The notes: generated by a model not told the origin, from the letters alone. 64,000 bases of DNA from an uncultured Acidobacteriota bacterium (GCA_963813155.1 CAWEYG010000003.1:704001-768000), one strand, 5' to 3'; shown: positions 54,184 through 64,000, numbered from the stretch's first letter. A program made the numbers and translations.

Positions 54184-55757
54184 TTCGTCCGGAGCCGCGC
54201 GACAGCGCCCGGCGGCGTCCCGGGAGCGGACGCCGTGGCGATCGCCGCGACGATCTTGTCGACCGGCTTCGCCATGATGTCGAAGAACGGCTGCGGGTAG
54301 ACGCCGATCCACAACGCGCACGCGATCAGGGGAATGAGCGTCCACTGCTCGCGGGCCGACAGATCTTTCAGTTTTTCATTGGCCGGGTTCGACAGCTCGC
54401 CGAAAAAGACCCTCTGGTAGAGCCACAGGAGGTAGGCCGCCCCGAGCACGATTCCCCAGAGCGCCCAGAAAGCCCACCACGGATTGTGGAGGTACGCGCC
54501 GTTCAGGATCGTGAACTCCCCGACGAACCCGTTCAGAAGTGGGAGCCCCATCGACGAAAGCGCGATGATGAGAAAGAAAACCGCGTAGATCGGCATCTGC
54601 TTCGCGAGGCCGCCGTATTCCGCGATCATTCTCGTGTGCCGGCGCTCGTAGACGATGCCGACGAGGAGAAAGAGCGCTCCGGTGGAAATTCCGTGGTTCA
54701 CCATCTGCAGGATCCCGCCCCGCAACCCCGCCGTGTTCAGAGCGAACACGCCGAGCATCACGAATCCCAGGTGGGAGACCGACGAGTAGGCGACGAGCTT
54801 CTTCATGTCTTTCTGAACGAGGGAGACCATCGCGCCGTAGATGATCCCGACGATCGAGATCGCGGCCATCAGGAGGAGCACCCAGTGCGTCGTGACGGCC
54901 TTCGGGAACATCGGCAGCGAGAAGCGGACGAATCCGTACGTGCCCATCTTCAGCAAAACGCCCGCGAGGATGACCGAGCCTGCCGTCGGCGCTTCCACGT
55001 GCGCGTCCGGAAGCCACGTGTGGAACGGGAACATCGGAACCTTGATCGCGAAGCCGAAGAAGAACGCGAAGAACAGCAGGATCTGGAGATGCGCGGGCAT
55101 TCCCGGCGTCAGCGCCGTCAGCGTCGGGATGTCGAACGTCGGAGCGTTGCCGAGGCCGGCGACCCCGAGCGCTCCGGTCGTGTTGTAGAAGTAGACCGTG
55201 ATGATGCCAAGCAGCATCAGGACCGACCCGGAGAGCGTGTAGAGGAAGAACTTGATCGCCGCGTAGAGCCTTCGCGGACCGCCCCAGATTCCGATGAGGA
55301 AGTACATCGGAACGAGCATCACCTCCCAGAACACGTAGAACAGGAAGAAATCCAGGGTCATGAACGTCCCGAGCATCCCGGTCTGGAGAAGCAACAGGAA
55401 AACGTAATACTCCTTTTCACGCTCGTGGATCGCGGTGAACGACGAATAGATCGAGATCACGCCCAGGAGCGTCGTCAGGAGGATCAGCAGCAGCGAGATC
55501 CCGTCGATCCCGAAGTGGTACTGCACGCCGAGCGAAGGGATCCAGCTCGCGACTTCCTGGAACTGGAATCCGTCCTTCGCGCGATCGAACCAGAACCAGA
55601 GGAACAGCGAGACGGCAAAATCGAGGCCCGCGACGGCCGTCGCGAACGCCCGGATCGCGCCGCTCTTCGACCGGGGAATCGCGAAGACCAGCAGCAGCGC
55701 GCCCGCGAGCGGAATGTAGGCGACGATCGAAAGAATGTGGGCTTGAAGAAAATTCAT
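54180..55757 (-). CDS. nuoM: NADH-quinone oxidoreductase subunit M
   Basis: FYVFWE, KVPMFPFHTWLPDAHVEAPT, LLKMGTYG, AYSSVSHLG. Confidence 0.96.
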   Translation of the reverse strand: MNFLQAHILSIVAYIPLAGALLLVFAIPRSKSGAIRAFATAVAGLDFAVSLFLWFWFDRAKDGFQFQEVASWIPSLGVQYHFGIDGISLLLILLTTLLGVISIYSSFTAIHEREKEYYVFLLLLQTGMLGTFMTLDFFLFYVFWEVMLVPMYFLIGIWGGPRRLYAAIKFFLYTLSGSVLMLLGIITVYFYNTTGALGVAGLGNAPTFDIPTLTALTPGMPAHLQILLFFAFFFGFAIKVPMFPFHTWLPDAHVEAPTAGSVILAGVLLKMGTYGFVRFSLPMFPKAVTTHWVLLLMAAISIVGIIYGAMVSLVQKDMKKLVAYSSVSHLGFVMLGVFALNTAGLRGGILQMVNHGISTGALFLLVGIVYERRHTRMIAEYGGLAKQMPIYAVFFLIIALSSMGLPLLNGFVGEFTILNGAYLHNPWWAFWALWGIVLGAAYLLWLYQRVFFGELSNPANEKLKDLSAREQWTLIPLIACALWIGVYPQPFFDIMAKPVDKIVAAIATASAPGTPPGAVARLRTK

Positions 55758-55770
55758 GCTTGCTCTTCCC

Positions 55771-57945
55771 CTATCTCCAGATCAGGTAGGCGGCGATCAG
55801 CACCAGGAATCCGCCCCCCATGACGAATGCATAATTCTGAACGCGGCCCGTCTGAAGCCTCTTCAGGCCGCGAAATCCCGCCTGGAGCGAGCCGGCGACG
55901 CCGTTGACGAGGCCGTCAACGACGTACTGGTCGAAAACGGACGCGAGCCAAGAGAGAGCGAGCGGCACCTTCGTGAACAGTCCGTTCACGCCGATTCCGT
56001 CGATGACGCGAGCGTCGAAATCCCACAGGAAACGTCCGCCTCCCTTGCCGAGGCCCTCGACGAAGACCGCGTTGTACGCCTCGTCGACGTAGTACTTGTT
56101 CTGGAGAACGCGGTAGGCCCCCGCAAACCGTTCCGCGAGCCGTTTCGGCGCCGCAAACGCCCGCTCCCCGAGATAGAAGCGCGCAGCGACGAGGATGCCG
56201 GCGATCGCGGCTCCGACCGAGACGCCCATCAGGAGAAACTCCGTGCCCGGCGCCAGCCGGGCCTCGGCCGCGTTTCGCCCCGCGAGGGGCAGGAAGATCG
56301 GCTCGAGCCAGTTCTTCAGGAGATGGGAGTGAGAGCGAAACGCCTCGGGAATTCCGAGGAAGCCGGCCAGGATCGCGCCGACGCCCAGAACGATCAGCGG
56401 AATCGTCATCGTCGCGGGCGACTCGTGGAGATGGTTCTCCTGTTCGGCCGTTCCGCGGAACTTTCCGTAGAACGTCAGAAAGACGGTCCGAAACATGTAG
56501 AACGCGGTCATGCCCGCCGTGAGGAGACCCACGCCGTAGAGAATGCGATGCCCGCCCGCGAACGTCTCTCCGAGGATCTCGTCTTTCGAGAAGAACCCGG
56601 CGAACGGAATGATCCCGGCGATCGCGAGCGTCGAGACGAGGTACGTCCAGTGCGTCGTCTTCATGCGGCTCTTCAGACCGCCCATCGCGCGCATGTCCTG
56701 CTCCCCCGCCATGGCATGGATCACCGAGCCCGATCCGAGGAAGAGACAAGCCTTGAAGAACGCGTGCGTGAAGACGTGGAACATTCCTCCGACGAAAGCG
56801 CCGACGCCGCAGCCCAGGAACATGTAGCCGAGCTGCGAGATCGTCGAGTACGCGAGGACCTTCTTGATGTCGTTCTGGACGAGCGCGATCGTGGCCGCAA
56901 AGATCGCCGTCGCGCAGCCGATGACGGCGACGAACAGCATCGCCTCCGGCGACAGCCGGAAAAGCACGTTGCAGCGGGCGACCATGTACACGCCGGCGGT
57001 CACCATCGTCGCCGCGTGGATCAGCGCGGAAACCGGCGTGGGCCCGGCCATCGCGTCCGGAAGCCAGACGTACAGGGGAATCTGCGCCGACTTGCCCATC
57101 GCGCCCACGAAAAGACACAGGCAGATCGCGGTCAGGTACGGGGCGTAGGTCCCGGGCGAAGCCGCCGCGAGGGAGAAGACGCGGCCGAAGTCGGAGGTGC
57201 CGAAGAGCGAGAAGATCCCGAAGATCCCGAGCGCGAAGCCGAGATCGCCGATCCGGTTGACGACGAACGCCTTCTTGCCTGCGTCCGCCGCGAAATTCTT
57301 CTCGTAGTAGTAGCCGATCAGGAGGTACGAGCAGAGACCGACGCCCTCCCAGCCGGCGAACATGACGATGAAGTTGCCGCCCAAAACGAGCAGCAGCATC
57401 GAGAACATGAAGAGGTTGAGGTACGCGAAGAACCTTCCGAATCCCTCTTCGTGGCCCATGTACCCGATCGAATAGACGTGGATCAGGAAACCCACGAACG
57501 TGACGAAGGAGATCATCAGCGCCGAGAGCGGATCGAGCCGGAACGTCCAGTCGACGGCCATCGCGGCCGTTCCGCCGAGCTTCAGCGGGTTGACCCCCTG
57601 GGGAATCCAGCTCGCGAGCGTCACGACGTGGGGGTGCGCGAGCCCCTCCGATCTCACCCAGTCGATGATCGCGCCGAAGGAAAACACGCAGGAGAGCGCG
57701 ATCATCAGCGGGGACAGCACCGCGTGAACGGTCTTGAAGGGAACGTGAGGGTGCTCTCCGACGTGCGCCGAGGGCGCCGACGCGTGCGGCGGAGAGATCG
57801 CTTTTGCCTCGGTCGGATGGACTTCGGGCCCGTGGTCCCCCGCCGCGAGCTCCCCCTGCGTCCGGTGCGACAGCAGGTAGAGGAAGCCGTTCACGACGAA
57901 TCCCGCGAGCGGGAAGAGCGGAATCAGCCAGAGAAGGTCTTTCAT
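55771..57945 (-). CDS. nuoL: NADH-quinone oxidoreductase subunit L
   Basis: GWEGVGLCSYLLIG, NRIGD, GKSAQIPLYVWLPDAMAGPTPVSALIHAATMV, HAFFKA. Confidence 0.96.
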   Translation of the reverse strand: MKDLLWLIPLFPLAGFVVNGFLYLLSHRTQGELAAGDHGPEVHPTEAKAISPPHASAPSAHVGEHPHVPFKTVHAVLSPLMIALSCVFSFGAIIDWVRSEGLAHPHVVTLASWIPQGVNPLKLGGTAAMAVDWTFRLDPLSALMISFVTFVGFLIHVYSIGYMGHEEGFGRFFAYLNLFMFSMLLLVLGGNFIVMFAGWEGVGLCSYLLIGYYYEKNFAADAGKKAFVVNRIGDLGFALGIFGIFSLFGTSDFGRVFSLAAASPGTYAPYLTAICLCLFVGAMGKSAQIPLYVWLPDAMAGPTPVSALIHAATMVTAGVYMVARCNVLFRLSPEAMLFVAVIGCATAIFAATIALVQNDIKKVLAYSTISQLGYMFLGCGVGAFVGGMFHVFTHAFFKACLFLGSGSVIHAMAGEQDMRAMGGLKSRMKTTHWTYLVSTLAIAGIIPFAGFFSKDEILGETFAGGHRILYGVGLLTAGMTAFYMFRTVFLTFYGKFRGTAEQENHLHESPATMTIPLIVLGVGAILAGFLGIPEAFRSHSHLLKNWLEPIFLPLAGRNAAEARLAPGTEFLLMGVSVGAAIAGILVAARFYLGERAFAAPKRLAERFAGAYRVLQNKYYVDEAYNAVFVEGLGKGGGRFLWDFDARVIDGIGVNGLFTKVPLALSWLASVFDQYVVDGLVNGVAGSLQAGFRGLKRLQTGRVQNYAFVMGGGFLVLIAAYLIWR

Positions 57946-58250
57946 CAGCCCTGCATCGTGTCGGCTTCGTCGACGTACAACGTCTGCTTCTGCCGGTACA
58001 GCGAGATGATGATGGCCAGGCCGATGGCGGCTTCCCCGGCCGCGATCGTGATCACGAACACAGCGAAGATCTGGCCCGTGAGGTCCGAAAGGCGGTGCGA
58101 AAACGCGATGAGGTTCAGGTTCACCGCGTTCAACATGAGCTCGATCGACATCAGCACGGTCAGGAAGTTCCGGCGGATCAAAACGCCGATGAAGCCGATC
58201 GTGAAGAGCAGAAACGAAAGCGCGAGGTAGTCGTTGATCGTGATCGTCAT
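57945..58250 (-). CDS. nuoK: NADH-quinone oxidoreductase subunit K
   Basis: RRN...MSIELMLNAVNLN, GQIF, AGEAAIGLAI. Confidence 0.95.
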   Translation of the reverse strand: MTITINDYLALSFLLFTIGFIGVLIRRNFLTVLMSIELMLNAVNLNLIAFSHRLSDLTGQIFAVFVITIAAGEAAIGLAIIISLYRQKQTLYVDEADTMQG

Positions 58251-58254
58251 GACT

Positions 58255-58812
58255 TCAGTCCATCTTTTCGACGGATCGCCGGCCGAGCACGACGGCGCCG
58301 ACGATTGCGACGAGCAGGAAGATCGACGCGATCTCGAACGGCAGGAGATATTCGCGGTACAGGCCCCAGGCCACCGCCTGCGAGTTGCCGAGGAGCTTGC
58401 CCGCGACCGTGCGGAAAACGTCCGGCTGGAACGGGGCTCCGGGGCCGAGAGGCTCCAGCAGGAGCTGCGAGTCGAAGAGCACGTTCAGGATGAACCCGAG
58501 CACGACGGCCGCGACGATCTGCTTCTGGTACGGCTCGACCTGCGGCAGACGCTGGACGTTGACGAGCATGATGACGAAGAGGAAAAGAACCATGATCCCG
58601 CCGGCGTAAACGAGGATCTGGACGGCCCCCACGAATTCCGCCTCCTGCAGGAAGAAGATCCCCGCGACCATGAGAAACGCGAGGAGCAGGGAAAGCGCCG
58701 AATGGATCGGGTTCCGCGCGAGGACGACCGAGATCGCGCAGACGACCGCGACGAGCGCGAACGCGGCGAAGATCCAGCCGGAGATTCCCGTCAGGAGCGC
58801 GCCCTCGCTCAT
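58255..58812 (-). CDS. nuoJ: NADH-quinone oxidoreductase subunit J
   Basis: NPIHSAL, AEFVGAVQILVYAGGIMVLFLFVIML, PFEIASIFLLVAIVGA. Confidence 0.95.
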   Translation of the reverse strand: MSEGALLTGISGWIFAAFALVAVVCAISVVLARNPIHSALSLLLAFLMVAGIFFLQEAEFVGAVQILVYAGGIMVLFLFVIMLVNVQRLPQVEPYQKQIVAAVVLGFILNVLFDSQLLLEPLGPGAPFQPDVFRTVAGKLLGNSQAVAWGLYREYLLPFEIASIFLLVAIVGAVVLGRRSVEKMD

Positions 58813-59285
58813 CCCTTCTCCGTGATCGTGAACGGCTTCACGTTTTCGTCCCACTCCGTGAGCTTGTCGATGTCCAGGTAGAGCGCCTCGTTTCGCTCGT
58901 AAGTCGAGAGCTCGTAGGTCTTCGTCGTCAGCCAGATCGACTTCGGGACGGTCGGGCACGCTTCTTCGCACAACTGGCAGAACATGCAGCGCTTGAGATC
59001 GAGGTCGAAGCGGTCCAAAACCTTGACCGACTTGGCCGCCTCGTTCTTCTCGTTGTGCCAGTCGATGAAGATGATGTTGATCGGGCACTCGATCGCGCAA
59101 AGAGTGCACTTGATGCACCGCTCCTCGTCGAGCCGGAACATTCCCCGGAAACGGTCCGACGGCTCCTTCTTCTGCTCCGGGTACTGGATCGTCGTCTTCT
59201 TCTTCACGAAGTGGCGGCCCGTGACCATGAGCCCGTCGAACAGGTCGAGCAGAACGATCTTGTCCAGGAACTTTCGGAGGCTCAT
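58809..59285 (-). CDS. nuoI: NADH-quinone oxidoreductase subunit I
   Basis: TIQYPE..RFRG, CIKCTLCAIECP and CMFCQLCEEACP (2x4Fe-4S). Confidence 0.93.
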   Translation of the reverse strand: MSLRKFLDKIVLLDLFDGLMVTGRHFVKKKTTIQYPEQKKEPSDRFRGMFRLDEERCIKCTLCAIECPINIIFIDWHNEKNEAAKSVKVLDRFDLDLKRCMFCQLCEEACPTVPKSIWLTTKTYELSTYERNEALYLDIDKLTEWDENVKPFTITEKG

Positions 59286-60418
59286 TTCGCCTCCGCGGCC
59301 GCGAGCGAGCGCCGGAGAACGGAAAGCGCGAACATCGCGGCGAACAGCCCGCCGAACACCCATCCGAGGGCCCGCAGCCCGTGCAGGTACGTCGTGTCCG
59401 CCAGCACGCAGCCGGCGACGACGAGGATGTTCCCGAGGGCGAGCGGGATGAGCCACTTCCAACCGAGGTTCATGAGCTGGTCGAACCGGTAGCGTGGAAA
59501 CGTCGACCGGAACCAGATGTAACAGAAGATGAAGACACCGACCTTCGCGAGGAACCAGACCATTCCGGGCACCGCGCTCAGGAACGGCAGCAGGTGCGGG
59601 AAGGGCGCCAGCCAGCCTCCGAAGAACAGCGTGACGGCGACCGAGGAGACGACGATCATCGCCGTGTACTCGCCGAGAAAATAGAAGGCGAACTTGATTC
59701 CCGAATACTCCGTGTTGAAGCCCGAGACGAGCTCCGACTCCGCCTCCGGAAGGTCGAAGGGATTCCGGTTCGTCTCCGCGACCCCCGACACGAAGTAGAT
59801 GAAGAACGACAGGAGCCCGGGAAAGATGAACCACAGGCGCGCGCGCTCCTGGACTCTCACGATCTCCACGAGCGACATCGAGCGCGACATCAGGAGCACG
59901 GCGACGATGGCGAGCCCCATCGGAACCTCGTAGGAGACGAGCTGCGCCGCGGAGCGAAGCCCCCCGAGGAGCGAGAACTTGTTGTTCGACGCCCAGCCGC
60001 CCAGGATGATGCCGTACACGCCGATCGACGTGATTCCGAGAAGGAACAGGAGCCCGACGTTGACGTCGGCGACCCAGAGCGGCGTCTCGATCCCGGCGAT
60101 CCGGATGCCGGCCCCGAACGGAATGAGCGCGAGGGCCGTCAGGGCCGGGATGACCGAGAGCACCGGGCCGAAGAAGTAGCTGATCTTCTCCGCCTTCGCG
60201 GGCGTCAGGTCCTCTTTCGTCACGAGCTTCAGAAGGTCCGCGAGCCCCTGCAGCGTGCCCTGCGGGCCGACCCGGTTGGGGCCGAGCCTCCCCTGCATGA
60301 AGCCCATGAATCGCCTTTCGGCGAGAACGATGACGAAACCGACGATCGCCGGGACGACGAGGACGATCAGGAGGATCTTGACCGCCGTGAAGAGCGTCTG
60401 CAGGTTCTGCGGGCTCAT
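59282..60418 (-). CDS. nuoH: NADH-quinone oxidoreductase subunit H
   Basis: [54 protein letters not shown]. Fused to nuoD in the ORF track only because of a frameshift. Confidence 0.95.
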   Translation of the reverse strand: MSPQNLQTLFTAVKILLIVLVVPAIVGFVIVLAERRFMGFMQGRLGPNRVGPQGTLQGLADLLKLVTKEDLTPAKAEKISYFFGPVLSVIPALTALALIPFGAGIRIAGIETPLWVADVNVGLLFLLGITSIGVYGIILGGWASNNKFSLLGGLRSAAQLVSYEVPMGLAIVAVLLMSRSMSLVEIVRVQERARLWFIFPGLLSFFIYFVSGVAETNRNPFDLPEAESELVSGFNTEYSGIKFAFYFLGEYTAMIVVSSVAVTLFFGGWLAPFPHLLPFLSAVPGMVWFLAKVGVFIFCYIWFRSTFPRYRFDQLMNLGWKWLIPLALGNILVVAGCVLADTTYLHGLRALGWVFGGLFAAMFALSVLRRSLAAAEAK

Positions 60419-61621
60419 CGGTCCACCTCGCCGAGGACGATGTCGACCGTGCCGATCAGCGCCACGAGGTCCGAGACGAGGTGCCCCCGGGCGAGGCGCG
60501 GCAGCGCCTGCAGATTGATGAGCGAAGGAGGCCTCACGTGCAGGCGGTACGGCTTGTTCGATCCGTTCGAGACGAGGTAGAAGCCGAGTCTCCCCCTTCG
60601 GGGATTCGACCGACGCGTAGACTTCCTCGGCCGGCGGCTTGATGACGCGGGGGACCTTGCCCTTGATCTCGCCCGGCTCGAGCCGGTCGAGGCACTGGCG
60701 GATGATTCGGGCGGACTGGCGCATCTCCGCGACGCGGACGAGGTATCGGTCGTAGGTGTCGCCGTTCTTGCCGGTCGGGACGACGAAGTCGAGCTCGTCG
60801 TAGCACTCGTACGGCTGCGCGCGGCGAAGGTCCCACTCGATGCCCGATCCCCGGATGAGCGGGCCGGTGAGCCCCCATTCGATGCACTCCTCGCCGGAAA
60901 TGACGCCGATTCCGACCGTCCGCTTCTTCCAGATCCGGTTGTTCGTGAGAAGGGTCTCGTAATCGTCCACCCGCGCCGGAAAATCCTCGATGAACTCTGC
61001 GACGGCCTCCGTCCAGTTCGGCGTCAGGTCGAAGGGAAGGCCCCCGATCCGCATGCAGTTCAACGTCAGGCGGGCGCCGCAGTACTCCTCGAAGAAATCG
61101 AGGATCTGCTCCCGCTCCCGGAAGCAGTACCAGAACGGCGTGACCGCGCCGAGATCGATTCCCGACGTCCCGAGCCACACCAGGTGGGACGAGATCCGCT
61201 GCAGCTCGTCGAGGATCACGCGGATCAGCTGGGCGCGGCGCGGGATCTCGACGCCGAGGAGCTTCTCGACGGTCAGGCAGTAGGCGTGATTGCTCGTGGC
61301 GGCCGCGATGTAGTCCATGCGGTCCGTGTGCGGGATCGCCATCGGGTAGGTTTCGGTCTCGAAGAGCTTTTCCGTGCCGCGGTGGAGATAGCCGACGTCC
61401 GGAATCGCGTCCACGATCTTCTCGCCGTCGACCTTGAGAACGATCCGGAGCACGCCGTGCGTCGAGGGGTGCTGCGGCCCGAAGTTCAGCTCCATCTCCG
61501 TGACGTCGAACAGCGTCTTCGGAGCCGCGACCGTCCGGGCCGGGGGGTTGTGCAGCGTCTGCGCCGACTTCGCGCGCGCCGCGAAGTAGGCCGCTTCGTC
61601 CTGTTCGGGGGTGCGGCTCAT
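60415..61621 (-). CDS. nuoD: NADH-quinone oxidoreductase subunit D (frameshift near 60590)
   Basis: [37 protein letters not shown]-terminus ...GEVDR* is in another frame. Confidence 0.94.
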
Positions 61622-62181
61622 GACACCGACTTCTGGTTCGGGTCGTCGGGCGCGGGGCCGCCGCCGGCGGGATATTCCTCCGGGTAGATCGCGGCGCCCG
61701 TGTCGATCCCCTCGAGCGGGAAATCCTTCCGCAGCGGATGTCCCTGGAATCCGTCCCAGGTGACGAGCCGCCGGAGGTCCGGGTGATCGGTGAAGCGAAT
61801 TCCGTACAGGTCGAACACCTCGCGCTCCGACCAGTTCGCCGCGAGGTACGTCGTCGCGATCGTCGGGACTTCCTCCCCGTCCGCGCAGCCGAGCTTCACG
61901 CGGATTCTCGCGTTCTTGGAAAACGAGTAGAAGTGATAGACGACGTCGAACCGCGGCGTGCGGTCGCGCCAGTCGACGGCCGTGACGTCGACGCAGTATT
62001 TGAAGTCCTCGGCGTCCTTGAGGTGCCGCGCGACCTCCACGATCTTCTCGCGCGCGACGGTGACGGTGACCTGCGAGGCGAACATCTTGGCGGCCACGAC
62101 GGAGTCGGGCACGGCGCCCCGAAGGGAAACGACCCAGGGGTGATCGGACGCGTCCGTCGCGGCAGGTTTCGCTTCGGCCAT
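61618..62181 (-). CDS. nuoC: NADH-quinone oxidoreductase subunit C
   Basis: DVTAVD, RFDVVYH, ANWSEREVFDLYGIRF.DHPDLRR, GHPLRKDFP. Confidence 0.94.
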   Translation of the reverse strand: MAEAKPAATDASDHPWVVSLRGAVPDSVVAAKMFASQVTVTVAREKIVEVARHLKDAEDFKYCVDVTAVDWRDRTPRFDVVYHFYSFSKNARIRVKLGCADGEEVPTIATTYLAANWSEREVFDLYGIRFTDHPDLRRLVTWDGFQGHPLRKDFPLEGIDTGAAIYPEEYPAGGGPAPDDPNQKSVS

Positions 62182-62666
62182 CAGGACGCCTTGCGAATGA
62201 CCTTCATCTTGTCGATTTTCTTCTGGAGCTGGATGATGCCGTACAGCAGGGCTTCCGGCCGCGGCGGGCAGCCCGGCACGTAGACGTCTACGGGAACGAT
62301 GCGGTCCACGCCCTGCGTGACCGCGTACGTCCGGTAAGGTCCGCCGCAAGTCGCGCACGAGCCCATCGCGATCACCCATTTCGGATCGGGCATCTGATCG
62401 TAGAGCCGCTTGACGACGGGGGCCATCTTTTCGACGACCGTGCCGGCGACGATCATGAGGTCCGACTGGCGCGGCGTGCCGCGGAACACCTCCGCCCCGA
62501 ACCGCGCGAGATCGTGCCGCGAATCCATGACCGCCATCATTTCGATCGCGCAGCACGCGAGACCGAACTGCATCGGCCAGATCGCGCTGCGCCTCGCCCA
62601 GTTGATGACGGAGTCGACCGTCGTCGTGAGGACGTTCTCTTCGAAGCGGTTCGTGAGGATGCTCAT
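62181..62666 (-). CDS. nuoB: NADH-quinone oxidoreductase subunit B
   Basis: [37 protein letters not shown]. Confidence 0.96.
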   Translation of the reverse strand: MSILTNRFEENVLTTTVDSVINWARRSAIWPMQFGLACCAIEMMAVMDSRHDLARFGAEVFRGTPRQSDLMIVAGTVVEKMAPVVKRLYDQMPDPKWVIAMGSCATCGGPYRTYAVTQGVDRIVPVDVYVPGCPPRPEALLYGIIQLQKKIDKMKVIRKAS

Positions 62667-62847
62667 TGCCCGTCCCCAGAACAGGCAGCCGCGTCTCCTG
62701 AGAACTGCGTAACTTTTCGAGCCTGGGTCCGGTATTCAGTTGGAGACAGCTGACTTGCGAGAAAAGTTAGCCGAGCGGCGGCCATGGACCGATGCCACGA
62801 AGTGGGCCGCTGCGTCAGGTCGAGGGAGATGCGGCGGCCTGTTCCGG

Positions 62848-63204
62848 TCACGCCCACTGCAGCGCTCCCCGCTTCCACGCGTAGAAGTAGCCGACGATCA
62901 GGATCGCGAGGAAGAGAACCATCTCGAAGAAGCCGAAGATCGCGAGCTTGTCGAGGAGGATCGCCCACGGAAAGAGGAAGATCGTCTCGACGTCGAAGAC
63001 GACGAAGAGAACGGCGATCAGGAAGTACCTGGCGGAAAAGCGGTAATCGAATGCCGTCGTCGTCGATTCGATTCCGCATTCGTAGGGCTCGCCCTTGGCC
63101 GTATTCGGCGTGCCGTGCTGCAGGAGCCGGGCGGCCACGATCGTCCCGATCGGCAGAGCGGCCGCCAGGACGGCGAAAACCAGAATGAAAAAGTAAGCTT
63201 CCAT
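62848..63204 (-). CDS. nuoA: NADH-quinone oxidoreductase subunit A
   Basis: KGEPYECG, YFLIAVLFVVFDVETIFLFPWA, YAWKRGALQW. Confidence 0.96.
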   Translation of the reverse strand: MEAYFFILVFAVLAAALPIGTIVAARLLQHGTPNTAKGEPYECGIESTTTAFDYRFSARYFLIAVLFVVFDVETIFLFPWAILLDKLAIFGFFEMVLFLAILIVGYFYAWKRGALQWA

Positions 63205-63215
63205 TGAGCCTAGGG

Positions 63216-63244
63216 ATTCTCTCGATTCACCTTCCGGATGTCAA
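63216..63244 (-). promoter_or_regulatory. Candidate sigma70 promoter of the nuo-atp operon
   Basis: TTGACA-N17-GAGAAT, ending 11 nt before the nuoA ATG. Confidence 0.5.
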
Positions 63245-64000
63245 TTGTGAAAAAAAGCGCAAGCTCGCAACCTGCTTCGACTGAACGAGAACGGAGAGCG
63301 TTTCGCCGAGGCCTTCCGGATCGAGCAGGCGCATCGCCGCGATCTTGTCGCGGTACGCGTCCTGGAAGAGGCCCGACTCGACCAGGAATCGCGAGAGTCG
63401 ACGGATCTCTTCCGACGCGAAGCCTTCCGCTTCTCCCACCGCGATCGAGGTCGTCCCAGTTCACGTGAGCCGTCAGGTCGACGAGCCCGGGATTCTCCAG
63501 CGGGTCGCCGCCGCGGCGTCCTCTCGAGTGCACCGCGAGCGTTCCGCGCGGCCGCGCGTGCGAATGGTAGAGGACCGGCGCGCGGTGGCCGTAGTCGAAG
63601 GCAACGATTCTTCCAACCCGGATCGACCGGCAGAGCGCCCGATGGAGCGGGCCGGCGTCGAGATTGATTTCCGCGATCTGGCCCTCCGCCAGCTCGACGC
63701 CGAAGCGGGCGAGGTAGTCGGAAAGAGGCGAGGGAGCCGGCCAGGATGTCCACGCGAAGCCGTGCCGGTCGAGAGCGCTCCGCGCAGGCTGGTCTTCGAG
63801 ATCCCGAGGGAAAGCGAACTGCGGCCGAGGGTCGAGAAGACTTGCCGAGACGGAGCGCTCGGCTTCCGGCTTGACCGACGAGCCGAGCGTGACCCCCAGC
63901 TCGAAGAGCTCGGCCTTCGCGCATCTGGACTCGGTGAACCGGGAGCGCGTCGTACAGCTCATTCGAGAAAATCCAGCCGGAGATCGATTCCTTCTCGAGC
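63227..64000 (-). CDS. SAM-dependent methyltransferase, MidA/NDUFAF7 family (5' partial, frameshifted)
   Basis: GQIAEINL, AFDYG, RPRGTL, DPLENPGLVDLTAHVNW. C-terminal RLLDPEGLGETLSVLVQSK in a second frame. Confidence 0.8.

Noticed and set aside
59282-61621. Apparent NuoD-NuoH fusion
   Set aside because: The conserved NuoD end (GEVDR*) is in another frame and overlaps a normal nuoH ATG. One indel near 60590 explains it.

Overview
GC-rich bacterial chromosomal window. The ADOP permeases, the nuoN-atpZ/I/B/E linkage and the ArgS type suggest Acidobacteriota (inference). Many single-base indels split otherwise intact genes (lon, nuoD, four permeases), most likely uncorrected read errors. From left to right: (1) the tail of a signalling cluster (GAF protein, DUF4388 protein, CheY-like receiver) and a REP-like hairpin element; (2) a B12 radical SAM gene, tRNA-Gly(GCC), a small ParB/Srx-like gene, a PLD, a phosphodiesterase-TPR gene and lon; (3) a ~30 kb operon of membrane-fusion protein, ABC ATPase, TEN tandem duplicated MacB/FtsX-type (ADOP) permeases, a second ABC ATPase, an NtrC-type regulator and a histidine kinase with no periplasmic sensor, preceded by a candidate sigma54 promoter with UAS and IHF sites; (4) a second PLD, a small secreted Cys-rich protein, yraN, argS and a YqjD/E/K-like trio; (5) an ECF sigma / anti-sigma / GHMP kinase / MCP / CheW-like unit; (6) atpE-atpB-atpI-atpZ joined to an 11-gene nuo operon lacking nuoEFG, and a MidA/NDUFAF7-like methyltransferase at the right edge. 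No CRISPR, rRNA, transposase or integrase was seen. The permease array with its regulatory circuit is the best candidate for an undercharacterised system. All family calls come from motif recognition by eye, with no database search.
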